This document shows positions 1 through 11,259 of a stretch of DNA of 42,397 nt, one piece after another; position 1 is the stretch's first letter; each line of letters begins with the position of its first letter. The stretch covers positions 12,835,153-12,877,549 of the forward strand of contig NC_068993.1 of assembly GCF_001194135.2 (NCBI RefSeq), read 5' to 3'. The notes below the pieces were generated by a model. The model made no database searches, was not told where the DNA came from, and saw only the letters and a list, made by a program, of their open reading frames with translations. The stretch is from Octopus bimaculoides (Eukaryota). A program made the translations under genes and the position numbers.

Positions 1-20
1 CAGATATATGTATGTGTGTA

Positions 21-215
21 TGTCTGTGTTTGTCCCCCCACCATCGCTTGACAACCGGTGCTGGTGCGTTCACATCCCCGTAACTTAGCGATTCGGCCTA
101 AGAAACCGATAGAATAAGTACTAGGCTTACAAAGAATAAATCCTGGGCTGATTTGCTCGACTAAAAGCGGTGCTCCAGCATGGCCGCAGTCAAAGACTTA
201 ACCAAGTAAAAGAAT
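21..215 (+). mobile_element. SINE family B, 3' half (octopus-type tRNA-derived SINE tail module)
   Basis: Module 'tgtctgtgtttgtccc..accatcgcttgacaacc..gataGAATAAGTACTAGGCTTACAAAGAATAA..cctggg..cgactaaa.gcggtgctccagcatggccgcagtc..acaagtaaaag' recurs at 5151, 11440, 32480, 33947, 41620 and inverted at 36466 within this window. Confidence 0.9.
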
Positions 216-902
216 ATATGTTTGTGTGTGTGTGTGTGTATAAATATATATGTATACAATGCATACACATGTAGATATGTACAGTGAGAGAGAGTGTGTG
301 GCACACACGCACGTACATACACACATATACACGCGCGCGAGGACATGTATGTTTGTTTGTGTGTGTGTGTGTGTGTGTAACAAACTCACGGAAGCGTAAG
401 GGCAGAAAAGACAGAAACACATAGAAGACAAAACAAATGAAAATTTAATCCTCATCAGCTACCTTGCTAAGAATTCGCGGTTTCGATACCCACTCATACA
501 TACACATACATCCATGTATAATAACTAGTTTGTTTGTCTATCTATATATTTTCCTTCTTTTATCAGATTATATATCTTTGCATCGGTTCCTCGTTTCTTC
601 TACACACGCTCACTAACTTCTATATAATTTTAATATTTTAATTAGTTTCTTTGTCTATACTATCTATCTATCTATTCTTCCTCTGTGATTTTCACTTTCA
701 AATGTGAGACGTCTATCATTATCAATATCATCATATCTCACAATAAGATTACCACCACCAACATCATCATCATCATCAAATTCAACATGTTTTTTTTTTA
801 TTAGTCCTTGCTCGTATTGTTCTTGTCACAAATGCAGCCAAGTTAACCGTTTGCTACTTATCAAGTTGTCGACACAACTTGATATAGTAGTAGTAGTAGT
901 AA

Positions 903-934
<32 letters not shown>

Positions 935-1384
935 TTAGCAGCGGTGGTGGCGGTATGTTTTTTTTTTGTTTTTTTTTTGTGACAGGGTCTGGTAGTTATA
1001 GTGCAAACAATAGTAGTGCTGTGCTGTTGTTAGTGACTATGATAATGTTGATAGTGTTTTAATGTGTTCACAATAAAGCAACAGTCATACAAATATACAC
1101 ATTAAAGAGAGAGAAAAAAATAGAACAGAAACAAAGGAGAGAGTGAGTGAATGAATGAGTGAGTGAGTGAGTGAATGAGAGGTCAATTATTGCATTATAA
1201 TGATGGCTGGATGTATCATGCTGACAGAACGATGTGTCATACTTATATAACAAAGTCTTAATGCTTGTATTAACATCAGTTGTATAACGCAATGTTTTGT
1301 GCTGTAAATAGAACTATTATTACTTAGAGGCTGGTTGGATTGGACAGGGATGGGCTGGGCTGGAATTGTGAGAGACTGGGATGG

Positions 1385-1545
1385 AATGGCAGAATCGATA
1401 AAAGTGTTAAGCACTAAATGTCTTCGTGTAAGTATTTACCAACATCCGTTTCAGTTCTAGGTTCAAATCTCGCTGAGGGCAAAATTGTCCTTTAATATTT
1501 CCAGGGAAGTTTATAAGGGAAAATCAAAGTACAACAGTCCAGCAA
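1385..1545 (+). mobile_element. SINE family A, highly degenerate copy
   Basis: 'ggcagaatcg..' start and 'ttctaggttcaaatctcgctgagg' match the B-box region of the better copies at 3677 and 36772. Confidence 0.55.
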
Positions 1546-1611
1546 TGTTGTCATATTACATAGATGTATGTATTCTATACTTCTTTCTCTTTCTTTCTCT
1601 CTCTCTCTCTT

Positions 1612-1676
<65 letters not shown>

Positions 1677-1974
1677 TTTGCTCAACTTAGGTTTAACTTC
1701 ACACACATAAACACACAGATACATGTGTGTGCGCGTATGTTTTATTAAAACAGATGTTCCAACAAACAGTATTTAGTTCTGTTTATTGTTCAGGAAACAC
1801 ACAAAGAAACGTGTTCTGGAACGAAACTAATTGACATTTGTTGAGCTCACTGTTTTTTTGTTGTTTTTATTTTATTTTTATTTTAATAGAACGTCAACAG
1901 TCAGTTTTAATACCTTGAGTATTTCATTCTAAGTGGCTTTAGCATGTTCCTGAGAACAGGTAACATCAGGATTT

Positions 1975-2020
<46 letters not shown>

Positions 2021-2421
2021 CACAGAGGGAGGACAACTTATAATGTTTCATCGTAACGAATGGATAATTTAAATCCCTACAAGTGGGAACGGATTAGGTT
2101 GTCATAAATCACACTCAGGCATATAAACACAAGATAACACGTAGACCTGCGCTTGTGTGTGCGCGCTCACACTCAGAACACCTTCACAGAGATACAAGGA
2201 TAAATGTATAGATACAAGCACGTACTCACACACATGTATAGTTACATTTATACGCGTTTGAATATTTGTGCGTTTGAATAATATCGCGTATTACTAGCAT
2301 ATATATTCATATATTCATTTGTATCCTTTGGGATAATTTCAAATGTAAGGGTGATATTCATATGAATAAACAAGTAATAAAAATATCTTTAATTTATGAA
2401 TCGCTCTGGAGACAAGCGATT

Positions 2422-2476
2422 GGTATTCTTTGTCTGATGAAGCTCTAAGACAACTGGAAACTAGTCATTTGGAACC
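2422..2476 (+). ncRNA. Minimal type-I hammerhead ribozyme-like motif (probably a Penelope-like element remnant)
   Basis: CTGATGA (2434-2440), GAAA (2457-2460) and a GTC cleavage triplet (2464-2466) in hammerhead order. Stem III is the palindrome ACTAGT. Stem I pairs 2422-2433 with 2467-2476 imperfectly. Stem II is poorly paired. Confidence 0.45.
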
Positions 2477-2635
2477 GGCTTTTTCTGACTGGGGTGAGAT
2501 GCACTCTAAGGTGTAATCCCGTTATTTGAGTCTCACGGATAGAGTATACATTATATTTTAACACACACACACACTTATATGGAAAAATTTTTGGAGGAAT
2601 TCCTATGATACACATAATCTCTTGTTATTTTATAT

Positions 2636-2971
2636 CAGTGGTTCTCTAACGGGGTGCATATGAGATTTAGCGGTGGTGGGGGCCACGCAATGAAATACTA
2701 AATTGGCGATCTACAATAGTATTTTAAGGGACCCAGAAAAAAATATTGCTTTAGATGTATGTATTGGTTTGCATTGCAAGAAACACCTAGGTTTCTTTAT
2801 CTAAGGTTTCATACAATTCAACCTACACAAGTGAATGTGTGAAAAACAAAATAGGAATTTTGAAAGAAGTTTCTATAAAATTAGGCCTTAAGCATCGAAT
2901 GGCTATGGGGATCCACCAGAATAAAATGAAATCAAAGGAGTCCATAGATAAAGAACGGTCGAGAATCCCTG
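2636..2971. mobile_element. hAT-type non-autonomous DNA transposon (MITE)
   Basis: Left end CAGTGGTTCTC; right end reverse-complements to CAGGGATTCTC (9/11 match), typical of hAT/Charlie TIRs. Flanks tttatat / tttacat resemble a decayed TSD but are not a clean 8-mer. Confidence 0.7.
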
Positions 2972-3308
2972 TTTACATTGTATCTGGTCATCTCGCTCTT
3001 GCTTGTCGTTGTATATTTAACTACGGATATTTAGAGCGTGCATAAAACCGTATGTCATTATAATCCAATGATGTACAAATGTCTCGTGTCTTCGTATTTA
3101 TATTTTGTTTATTTTAAAAGTTCTTGATTGATTGAGCATTGAATAATGAGACGAGCTATCAATTGATAAGATGAAGCAATTATTGTGATCATCATCATCA
3201 TCATCATCATCATCATTATCATTTATGTGAGTGTGTATCTGCATATGCGTATATTTGTGTGTTTGTACGCTTCTGTATCCGTATGTATATGTGTGTGTGT
3301 TTGAATGT

Positions 3309-3348
<40 letters not shown>

Positions 3349-3676
3349 TTATGTGTGTGTGTGAGCGCATGTCTTTGTGTGTGTATGTGTTTCTGTGTGT
3401 GTGTGCTTGTATCACTACAATCTTTCGAGCCTCTTCAGTCATCGAACAACGAATACTCTCCGTGGAAGATTCGTCTTACTAGTAGTAGCACCAAATTCTA
3501 CTCGAATTGCACCGTACAAATCTTGAAAGAATTCACACTGGATGACATAAGCCTAGACAATCTATGTCTGAAATAAATTAGACGTGATATACATGGCTCG
3601 GAATAATTAGGTTATAAATAAATTCTGTAGGGTGACCTTGTGCTAAATAACATTTAGTAAAACGATATAGTGACGT

Positions 3677-3890
3677 AAGGCGGCGAACTGGCAGAATCGT
3701 TAGCACGCCGGGCGAAATGCATAACGGTATTTCGTCTGTCTTTATGTTCTGAGTTCAAATGCCGCCGGGGGTCGACTTTGCCTTTCATACTTTCGGGGCT
3801 GATAAATTAAATACCAGTCATGCACTGGAGTCAATGTAATTGACCTATCCCCTCCCCTAAAATGTCAGGCGTTGTGTCTATAATAGAAAG
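3677..3890 (+). mobile_element. SINE family A, full-length with 13-bp TSD
   Basis: tRNA-like head 'aaggcggcgaactggcagaatcgttagcacgccgggcgaaatgc', B-box 'gagttcaaat', central 'gtcgactttgcctttcat..gataaattaa' domain. Flanked by identical gatatagtgacgt at 3664-3676 and 3891-3903. Confidence 0.92.
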
Positions 3891-4004
3891 GATATAGTGA
3901 CGTTCGGGAGAGAACAAGCAACTTTCTCACAACATGCTTATATGTGTTCATGTATGTATACAAAATTACACGCACACACAAATAACTCTGTACAGATATA
4001 TGCA

Positions 4005-4460
4005 TAGTGGTTGCCTACTTATGCAGATTCTAGCCACTTCTTGTACCTACACCTTAGATCCAACATGACGTCTGATGTGGCTTTTTAAACCTGACAATGT
4101 GCTGAAAAGACACCCACATAGATTGCATATCCGATTTGGACCACCAAAAGCTACAGTTAAGTTCTGATTTTTGTGGATCTTAAAATGTCTTTTGAGGCCT
4201 CCGTTCGAATTTGCAGACCTTACGGCTTACACGACATTAAAAGGTATGCGCAGATATTTAGGCAGAACAGTTGGTGGATGTTCGTTGTTCATGGGTCCTC
4301 AAATGAGATTTTAGCCCACCAAAAGAAAGCATTTTCTGTCACAAACTGTGCACACAAAAAGGTCATTGAGATTCACTTTCTCGATCGCAAAATTCTTCTT
4401 TAAATCTCTCTTGAGTCTTGCTTATGGTATCCTGGCCTCATCAAACGCCATCACTCCAAC
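4005..4460 (-). mobile_element. 5'-truncated non-LTR retrotransposon (RTE-like) 3' end; decayed ORF2 C-terminus with three C2H2 zinc fingers
   Basis: Manual minus-strand translation of 4460-4047 gives VGVMAFDEARIP*ARLKRDLKKNFAIEKVNLNDLFVCTVCDRKCF/SFGGLKSHLRTHEQRTSTNCSA*ISAHTF*CRVSRKVCK/SNGGLKRHFKIHKNQNLTVAFGGPNRICNLCGCLFSTLSGLKSHIRRHVGSKV*, with three internal stops and two frameshifts. The G-x-x-x-F-[DE]-x-x-R...KR..[RK]K segment before a C2H2 finger is the pattern recalled for RTE/CR1-Zenon-type ORF2 tails. The 3' UTR boundary is approximate. Confidence 0.8.
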
Positions 4461-5011
4461 ACACACACACACACATACACACACACACAAATGTATTAGT
4501 ACCAGAAAGTATTCTTAAACGCTCTCCATAGTACTGCGTGAGTGAAAACCATATATAAAAAGTTACCTGTTTTAGACTCGGTAAAGTAGTACATGGCATA
4601 TCGTGTACTGTCTTCTGTCTTTCTCTCTCTCACACACACTCTCAGGTACATTAATTCGATGCACATATGTGAAACTGAATGAGAGAGAAGAGGGATATAT
4701 ATCACAAAAAATGGAGTGAAAGGGGACAAATATATATCGATGGAGGTGAGAGGTGGGAAGTTTAAGGTTTGTAAGAATTTAAAGGTCAGAGAAATGAAAT
4801 ATCAGATATTTGTAAGAAAGAAAACTGTGTGCATGAGAAATCATGCCTCAGAAGATTACAGAAACTCACACACGTATAATACACAAACATAATTCTTTCA
4901 TAACATATGTATACGCGCTCTTATTATATGTGAGTGTGTTTTATCAGTATGAAAATTGGGAATATTAACTGTATGAGTTATATACCAGTGTAGGATCATT
5001 TGCTGTATAAC

Positions 5012-5086
5012 TGTCTTCGAACTTTCGCGGGCAATGGGATTGTTACATTGCCTAACTACGCTATTGCCGGCAAAATTTCGAAGATA
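5012..5086. ncRNA. Long imperfect hairpin, pre-miRNA-like (unverified)
   Basis: Arms 5014-5035 and 5063-5084 pair at 19/22 positions, extended by GTTA/TAAC around a 7-nt loop. Unique, non-microsatellite sequence. Confidence 0.3.
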
Positions 5087-5104
5087 CTATCAATAATATG
5101 CGCG

Positions 5105-5145
<41 letters not shown>

Positions 5146-5150
5146 GTATT

Positions 5151-5350
5151 TGTGTGTCTGTGTTTGTCCCTCCACCATCGCTTGACAACCGATGCTGGTG
5201 TGTTTACGTCTCCATAACTTGGTGGTTCGTCAAAAGAGACCGATAGAATAAGTGCTCGGCTTACAAAGAAATAAGTCTTGGGTCGATTTGTTCGACTGAG
5301 AAGGCGGTGCTCCAGCATGGCCGCAGCCAAAAGACAAACAAATAAAAGAA
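5151..5350 (+). mobile_element. SINE family B, 3' half
   Basis: Near-colinear match to 21-215, preceded by a (CA)n array. Confidence 0.9.
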
Positions 5351-5440
5351 TGCACTAGATTCAGAAATACACTTTAACATCTTTGCTATGGTTTTAGTTG
5401 TGCTTAAATGTTGTCCACATGGGTCGAAAAAGATCCCCGA

Positions 5441-5538
5441 ATCAGAAGTACTGGGGTCGATTCGTTCGAACAAATTTCTTCAGGGCTGTGCCCCAGCATG
5501 GCCACAGTCAAATTACTAAAACAAGTAAAAGGAAAAGA
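5441..5538 (+). mobile_element. SINE family B, terminal fragment
   Basis: 'ctggggtcgattcgttcgaac..gtgccccagcatggccacagtcaaattactaaaacaagtaaaagg' matches the family B 3' end. Confidence 0.75.
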
Positions 5539-5559
5539 GATGTATGGGAGAGAGAAAGA

Positions 5560-6000
5560 TATATGTATATATATGTATATATATATGTTCGTGTGTGTAC
5601 ACGTACACACGCATATGTTGCGTGTGTACGTGTTTATATGTATGTATATATACATATATATATTGGTGTGTGTATATGTTTGTGTGTGTATATATATATA
5701 TGTATTTATACATATATATGTATGTGTATTTATACATTTGTATGTGTATTTATACATTTGTGTATTTATACATTTGTTTGTGTATTTATACATTTGTTTG
5801 TGTATTTATACATTTATATGTGTATTTATACATATATATATGTATATATACATATGTGTATATACATATATATATATGTATATATATGTATGCATGTACG
5901 CACACACACATATATATGTATATATATATATTTGTATATATACGTGTTTGTGTATGGATCTACGTATATTGTTGTGTATATGCGGTAAATTATAGTGAAT
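5560..6000. repeat. Compound (TA)/(TG) microsatellite containing an ~20-bp minisatellite (tgtgtatttatacatttgtt-like) at about 5700-5835
   Basis: About six direct copies of 'tgtatttatacat' are visible within alternating purine-pyrimidine repeats. Confidence 0.9.
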
Positions 6001-6129
6001 ATATAAAATGTACTCTACGCAAACATTATTTGATATGATATTAGAACTCAATACGCAGGGTAAAGTCCATAAATATGTTCATTATATCAAATAATTTACG
6101 GACCGTACAGAGTTTCCCCCCCCCCCCCC

Positions 6130-6238
6130 NNNNNNNNNNNNNNNNNNNNNNNNNNNNNNNNNNNNNNNNNNNNNNNNNNNNNNNNNNNNNNNNNNNNNNN
6201 NNNNNNNNNNNNNNNNNNNNNNNNNNNNNNNNNNNNNN
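6130..6238. other. Assembly gap (N run); further gaps at 13978-14006, 17004-17198, 27897-28043, 30489-30948, 36682-36734
   Basis: Runs of n, mostly bordered by homopolymer or dinucleotide arrays. Confidence 1.
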
Positions 6239-6809
6239 CCGCAGGTTTCGAATGTGCGTGTTTGTGTGTACATACACCCAAACCGGCGATGTGTATTTTT
6301 TTTTTTTTTTGCCTTTTCTGTTCGGTATGTTGGATTTTAAGGGAGACACCGTCAGTCCCAGCACCACATTTTCTTAAGCCTATTTCCCCCTTATATTCCA
6401 TTTAGTCTGACCAACAATGCTACACACAACCGATACTATATTATTCTATGATTTCACGTCTCTCTCTGTTAGAAAAGAAACAGATAGAGGAACGGAACTA
6501 AGACCATGTTTGTTCCTTCTTCAGCCAAAATCACGAAAATTCCTTCATTCATTCTATATCATTCCCTTCTATATTCTACTCCGCTTCATTGTTTCACTCC
6601 TTCCTTCTCATACTTACAGGAGTCCAAACGTCCGTCTTTCTTTCCTTCGCTCTTTCTTATTTATGATTTTTCTGTCGTTCCTTCTTTCTTCCATTTTAAC
6701 TTTTATTTCCTTTTTTTCTTTTAATGTACCAAAGATTTTTCTCTCCAACACTGTATCTATCCTTTCTAACCCTCCGACTCTTTTTCTGTGTCTCCTTCAT
6801 ATATACACA

Positions 6810-6835
6810 TGCATAATAATACACACACACACACA

Positions 6836-6887
<52 letters not shown>

Positions 6888-7230
6888 CACGCACATACAC
6901 AGGTACATACATATATGCATACATACGTGCATACATAGACACACACATATATATGCACACACATACGTACACGCATACATACATAGACACAAATAGACAC
7001 GCGCATACATACATAGACATACACATATATACACACACATACGTATACACACATACATATACACACATACATACCCACATACATAGGCACAGACATACAT
7101 ACACCTACATATACACACACATACATACGTAAATATGCACACAATAACACATACATATATACATATGCAATATATATACATAGATAAATACTAATACATA
7201 CATATACACACATACATACACACACACATA
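6810..7230. repeat. Compound (CA)n/(CATA)n microsatellite
   Basis: Directly visible; source of the HT/CV-rich pseudo-ORFs. Confidence 0.95.
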
Positions 7231-7254
7231 TGCCTACGTAAACATATATATTTC

Positions 7255-7348
7255 TATTTATATATAGTTCATGTTTGAATTGACTATATATATATATATA
7301 ATTTATATATAGTTCATGTTTGAATTGATTATATATATATATATATAT
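7255..7348. repeat. Two-copy tandem duplication (~46 bp unit 'atatatagttcatgtttgaattga.tatatat')
   Basis: 'tatatagttcatgtttgaattga' occurs at about 7260 and 7306. Confidence 0.85.
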
Positions 7349-7843
7349 AAGGAGTGTATCTTTACATCTAACTGTATATCTATTGATATATCCACCGGTT
7401 GTTGTAAATATTGCCTGTCCGTCCCAGCACCCGTTTTTCTCCTTTCTTCTTCAATTCATTTTTCCTTACTCCACATGTTTTTCCATAGTATGGAATCACA
7501 TTACTCGCCCTCTCCCTCACTTTCATCTTCTCGCATTGTATATTCGTCCCTAGTCATTCCTTATTTCTTCTTGTCTTCAATATTTTTCCGTTCCTTCTTC
7601 TCCCGGCAATTTGCAGCCCAACTTATTTGCCATCGACTCATCGCTACGTTTTTCTTTCTATCATTCGCGACCACATTCTTTTATTTAATATTTGTGTCTA
7701 ATATTTTTTGTAAATGTGCTTTAATAGTTTTGCCTCAGCCGCCACTTCGATGTTGCTTTTCTATATTTTATTACAGAATTGCCTGCAGTTTCTCCGCTCT
7801 TTTCGTTTACGCCACACACACTCACTCATATATAAAACATATA

Positions 7844-7881
<38 letters not shown>

Positions 7882-8093
7882 GATAGTGAAAAAAGAGACT
7901 CGTAACCTGCTTGAAGATCCTACATACCCTCGGGCAAAACTCAGAGTTGCAAAAGAATGACTCGAACAAAATAAAAATATCATTAATCGCTACTATTGTA
8001 TTCAGTACATTCAACAACGCATCTTTCCATCTGTCTATCTGTCTAAAGATACATACATCTACAGACACACATATATATATATGTATGTATGTT

Positions 8094-8131
<38 letters not shown>

Positions 8132-8290
8132 CGCGTACATGAAATGTTCTTAGGCTCTTGTCTATTCCTGTGTGTGCATTGCATTCGTTCGATCTTTTAT
8201 TCCATCATTATATTATCTTCATTAGTTTTCATTTATACTTCTTAAAATACCAAGTGCATCTTTGAACTTAGTTTGGAAGGCAGTATGATA

Positions 8291-8335
<45 letters not shown>

Positions 8336-8348
8336 GCCTGTGTATGCA

Positions 8349-8398
<50 letters not shown>

Positions 8399-8899
8399 AA
8401 ATGTTGTGTGTGTACTTTGTTTTTGTTACTTGCATAACTGCATATGCATCTAGACCTATATAATCCATAAAAAGTGATCTGTATTCTGTATAACAAGCGA
8501 TGGAAGATTTACATACATGGAAACACAGCTCGCCAGTTGTACAAACCAAATGTCCAGCGAATTATACGTAACCGTCTTAAAACTAGGAGAGCATACAGAT
8601 TATGCAGCCCTACATCTGTGCGTGTATATGTGTATGTGTACAATATAGTCAAAATCTTTGTCAACGACTGAACAGATACTGTAAAACACACAAACTCTTG
8701 TATCTCTGCATCTCTTTCTTGTTTCTCTCTCTCTCTCTCAAGGTAGAGATAGACAGACAGATAGATAGAAAGAAAGATAGATAGATAGATAACGAGATAA
8801 TGTTTGGAACCAAAGTTGTGTGTGTGTGTGTGTTTATTACGCGCGCACGTTTTCTTACATTTTTCTGTCACATTCACTTGCGATAACTACTAGATCTGT

Positions 8900-9110
8900 G
8901 AACAAGAAATTGAAAATGTCGCCAACTACCAATGCCGCTACCACAAACACCGCCACCGCCGCTAACTCCTCCACCATTACCCACCTCCACCACCATCGGC
9001 ACCACTACCACTGCCATCGTCGTCGTCGTAGTCGTAATCATCATCATCATCATCATCATCATCGTCGTCACCAGTATCACATTCTTCACTACTACTGCTG
9101 TAAGACAACC
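8900..9110. repeat. Cryptic trinucleotide low-complexity tract (ACC/ATC/GTC/ACT)
   Basis: Directly visible; similar tracts at 760-940, 10060-10130, 22650-22750, 39470-39650 and 39990-40440. Confidence 0.85.
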
Positions 9111-9447
9111 AACTACTACATTCTGAAGATGGCGTTGAAGTCATAAATTTATTTAGTTTTCTTGTCAACGTTTAACTGCATAGATTCACGCATACATACA
9201 TACATACATACATATATATAGGCACATAATTACAAACACACGCACGCCCATACATACACAGGAATATGCGCTTGCAAGCATATACACATACATGCGCATG
9301 CACTTGTGCTGGTATATATACATACATACAAAATGCTTATATTCTATACACACATGAGATTGATGTATTCACTCGTACTTATTGATGCACGCATATACAT
9401 CCATATATATATATATGTTTGTGTATGTATGTATATATATATATATA

Positions 9448-9482
<35 letters not shown>

Positions 9483-9677
9483 ATACACAGACACTTAATT
9501 ACAAAGATATATATATATATATATACACACACGCTTGCACATGTATACATACACATGCACTCGTGTTTGCCTACATACATACATACAGAATGCAATATAT
9601 TCTATATACATATATACATAAACGTATGCATACATATACGTATACATACATATACGCATACTTAGGTATAGATGAAT

Positions 9678-9725
<48 letters not shown>

Positions 9726-10202
9726 CAAACATACATATACGCAAACATACATATATAGAAAATGCATACATTCTATATGAATATATGACATAAATGCAGG
9801 CATATTACGTGCCTCCGTACGTGTATGCATGCATATATATATATATATATATATGTGTATATATATATATATATATATACACATATATACATTCGTACGT
9901 GCACATATATGTATGCGTAAGGAAAGTGCTTCGAAAGGAAAACAAATATCCATTTATCTTTTGATTGCTGCTGTCATCATCATTATCATCAACACCACGA
10001 TAATGATCATTATTGCCATTTTTTTTTTTTTGTTTTTTATTCAAATATACTACAACTTCTGCTGCTGCTCCAGTTGCTGCTGCTGATGGTTCTTCGGCTG
10101 CTGCCGCTGCTGCTAGTGCCAGCGCTGTCATCACTAGCATCACAAACGAAACGAGGAAACTAGTCGACGGAAGTATCAGGATGCGGCGCCGACTAGGGGA
10201 AC

Positions 10203-10355
10203 TTGCTAGAAATAGCTGATAAACGTCCCTCAAATTTCAACCCTACTGCATTAAAATAAAAGAAGCACATTAGATAAATTAGTCCTATATTGCTCTAAGA
10301 AAGATGAGAATGTCACGGTTGGAAGGCCTTTCATGATAGCTATGCACGATTAGAC
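10203..10355 (+). mobile_element. Unclassified interspersed repeat family C
   Basis: 'tgctagaaatagc..ccctcaaat..ccctac..cacggttggaaggcctttcatgatagc' is shared with 25020-25135 and 25330-25560 (+), and with 11733-11990, 13230-13340, 18900-19095 and 36355-36450 (-). Confidence 0.7.
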
Positions 10356-10455
10356 CCACCACCACCTGATGATGAACAATATCAGCTACACCTCTTGAAT
10401 ACTTCAGCGCCACAACTTTCCTCTCACTTATGTCCCCTTAGAACGGCGGCAGCGG

Positions 10456-10486
<31 letters not shown>

Positions 10487-10520
10487 TACCATCACCACCA
10501 CCGCTTTGACCGTGGGATGT

Positions 10521-10532
10521 TGCGCATGCGCG
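10521..10532. promoter_or_regulatory. NRF1/Erect-wing consensus site (TGCGCATGCGCG)
   Basis: Exact match to YGCGCAYGCGCR, outside microsatellite context and in a locally CpG-rich stretch; function not shown. Confidence 0.3.
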
Positions 10533-10821
10533 CGGTTTGAGTGTCACCAAATTTTGAATTCTCTATGCTTATCATGTCATACATTTCTACCGAAAACCCT
10601 TCTTCTGGATTAGTCTGTTTGTGAATCTTTAAGCTATGTAAAATCGTATCACTATTCTCTTTCACTCACTCCCTCTCTCTCTCTCTCTGACGCGCGCACA
10701 CACACACACACACACACGCACATATAAAACTTGATGACTTTTTAGAATACTCTATGAATTATTTATCTAAATAATTCGCAAATCTAGTCAACAGGTAGGT
10801 ACTCAAATCACTGAGAGTGGT

Positions 10822-10989
10822 ATCATCATCATCATCATCATCATCGTTTAACGTCCGCTTTCCATGCTAGCATGGGTTGGACGATTTGACTGAGGACTGG
10901 TGAAACCGGATGGCAACACCAGGCTCCAGTCTGATTTGGCAGAGTTTCTACAGCTGGATGCCCTTCCTAACGCCAACCACTCAGAGAGT
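10822..10989 (-). mobile_element. SINE/LINE 3' end with RTE-type tail and (GAT)n terminus
   Basis: Minus strand reads 'gtggttggcgttaggaagggcatccagctgtagaaac..cccatgctagcatggaaagcggacgttaaacgatgatgatgat', recalled as the RTE-related 3' tail common in octopus. Confidence 0.8.
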
Positions 10990-11259
10990 ATATATAATAA
11001 AAAACACATCGTTGCTGTGCTGTTCCATGTCGTTTTTGTGCGTATACAGGGTCTGCATATGTCCACTTATTGAAAACTGTAGTGTCTGATTTTAGTCACT
11101 TTTGGCTGTTATTTCTAACATCGCAAAGGGCCGTGTAGAATCCTCTTCTCTGTGTTACCTCATTTTGTTTAACGAGTATCCACGGACTAGGTTTCTCTTT
11201 GTCATATTTAAAACGGTATTATGTGGCTATATTGTGTTCAACCGTTGTTTCTAACGGGT

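Noticed and set aside
1346-1390. GGG-containing pentamer repeats as a G-quadruplex
   Set aside because: Only three closely spaced GGG runs are present and the fourth is distant; this is simple low-complexity sequence.
2434-2488. C/D-box snoRNA reading (TGATGA ... CTGA)
   Set aside because: The C box lacks the leading purine, there is no terminal stem, and the hammerhead interpretation explains more positions.
3412-3440. Minus-strand CTGAAGA-GGCTC-GAAA hammerhead-like core
   Set aside because: Stem II has only one pair, and stems I and III do not pair.
5700-5835. Short direct repeats that could suggest a CRISPR array (also 33166-33231 and 35190-35482)
   Set aside because: Units are contiguous or separated only by (TA)n, there are no unique spacers of constant length and no cas genes, and the context is eukaryotic.
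8474-8671. ORF with a superficial 'YIHGNT' GIY-YIG likeness; alternative frame DGRFTYMETQLASCTNQMSSELY
   Set aside because: The conserved Arg/His and Cys spacing is absent, the splice sites are weak, and no family is recognised.
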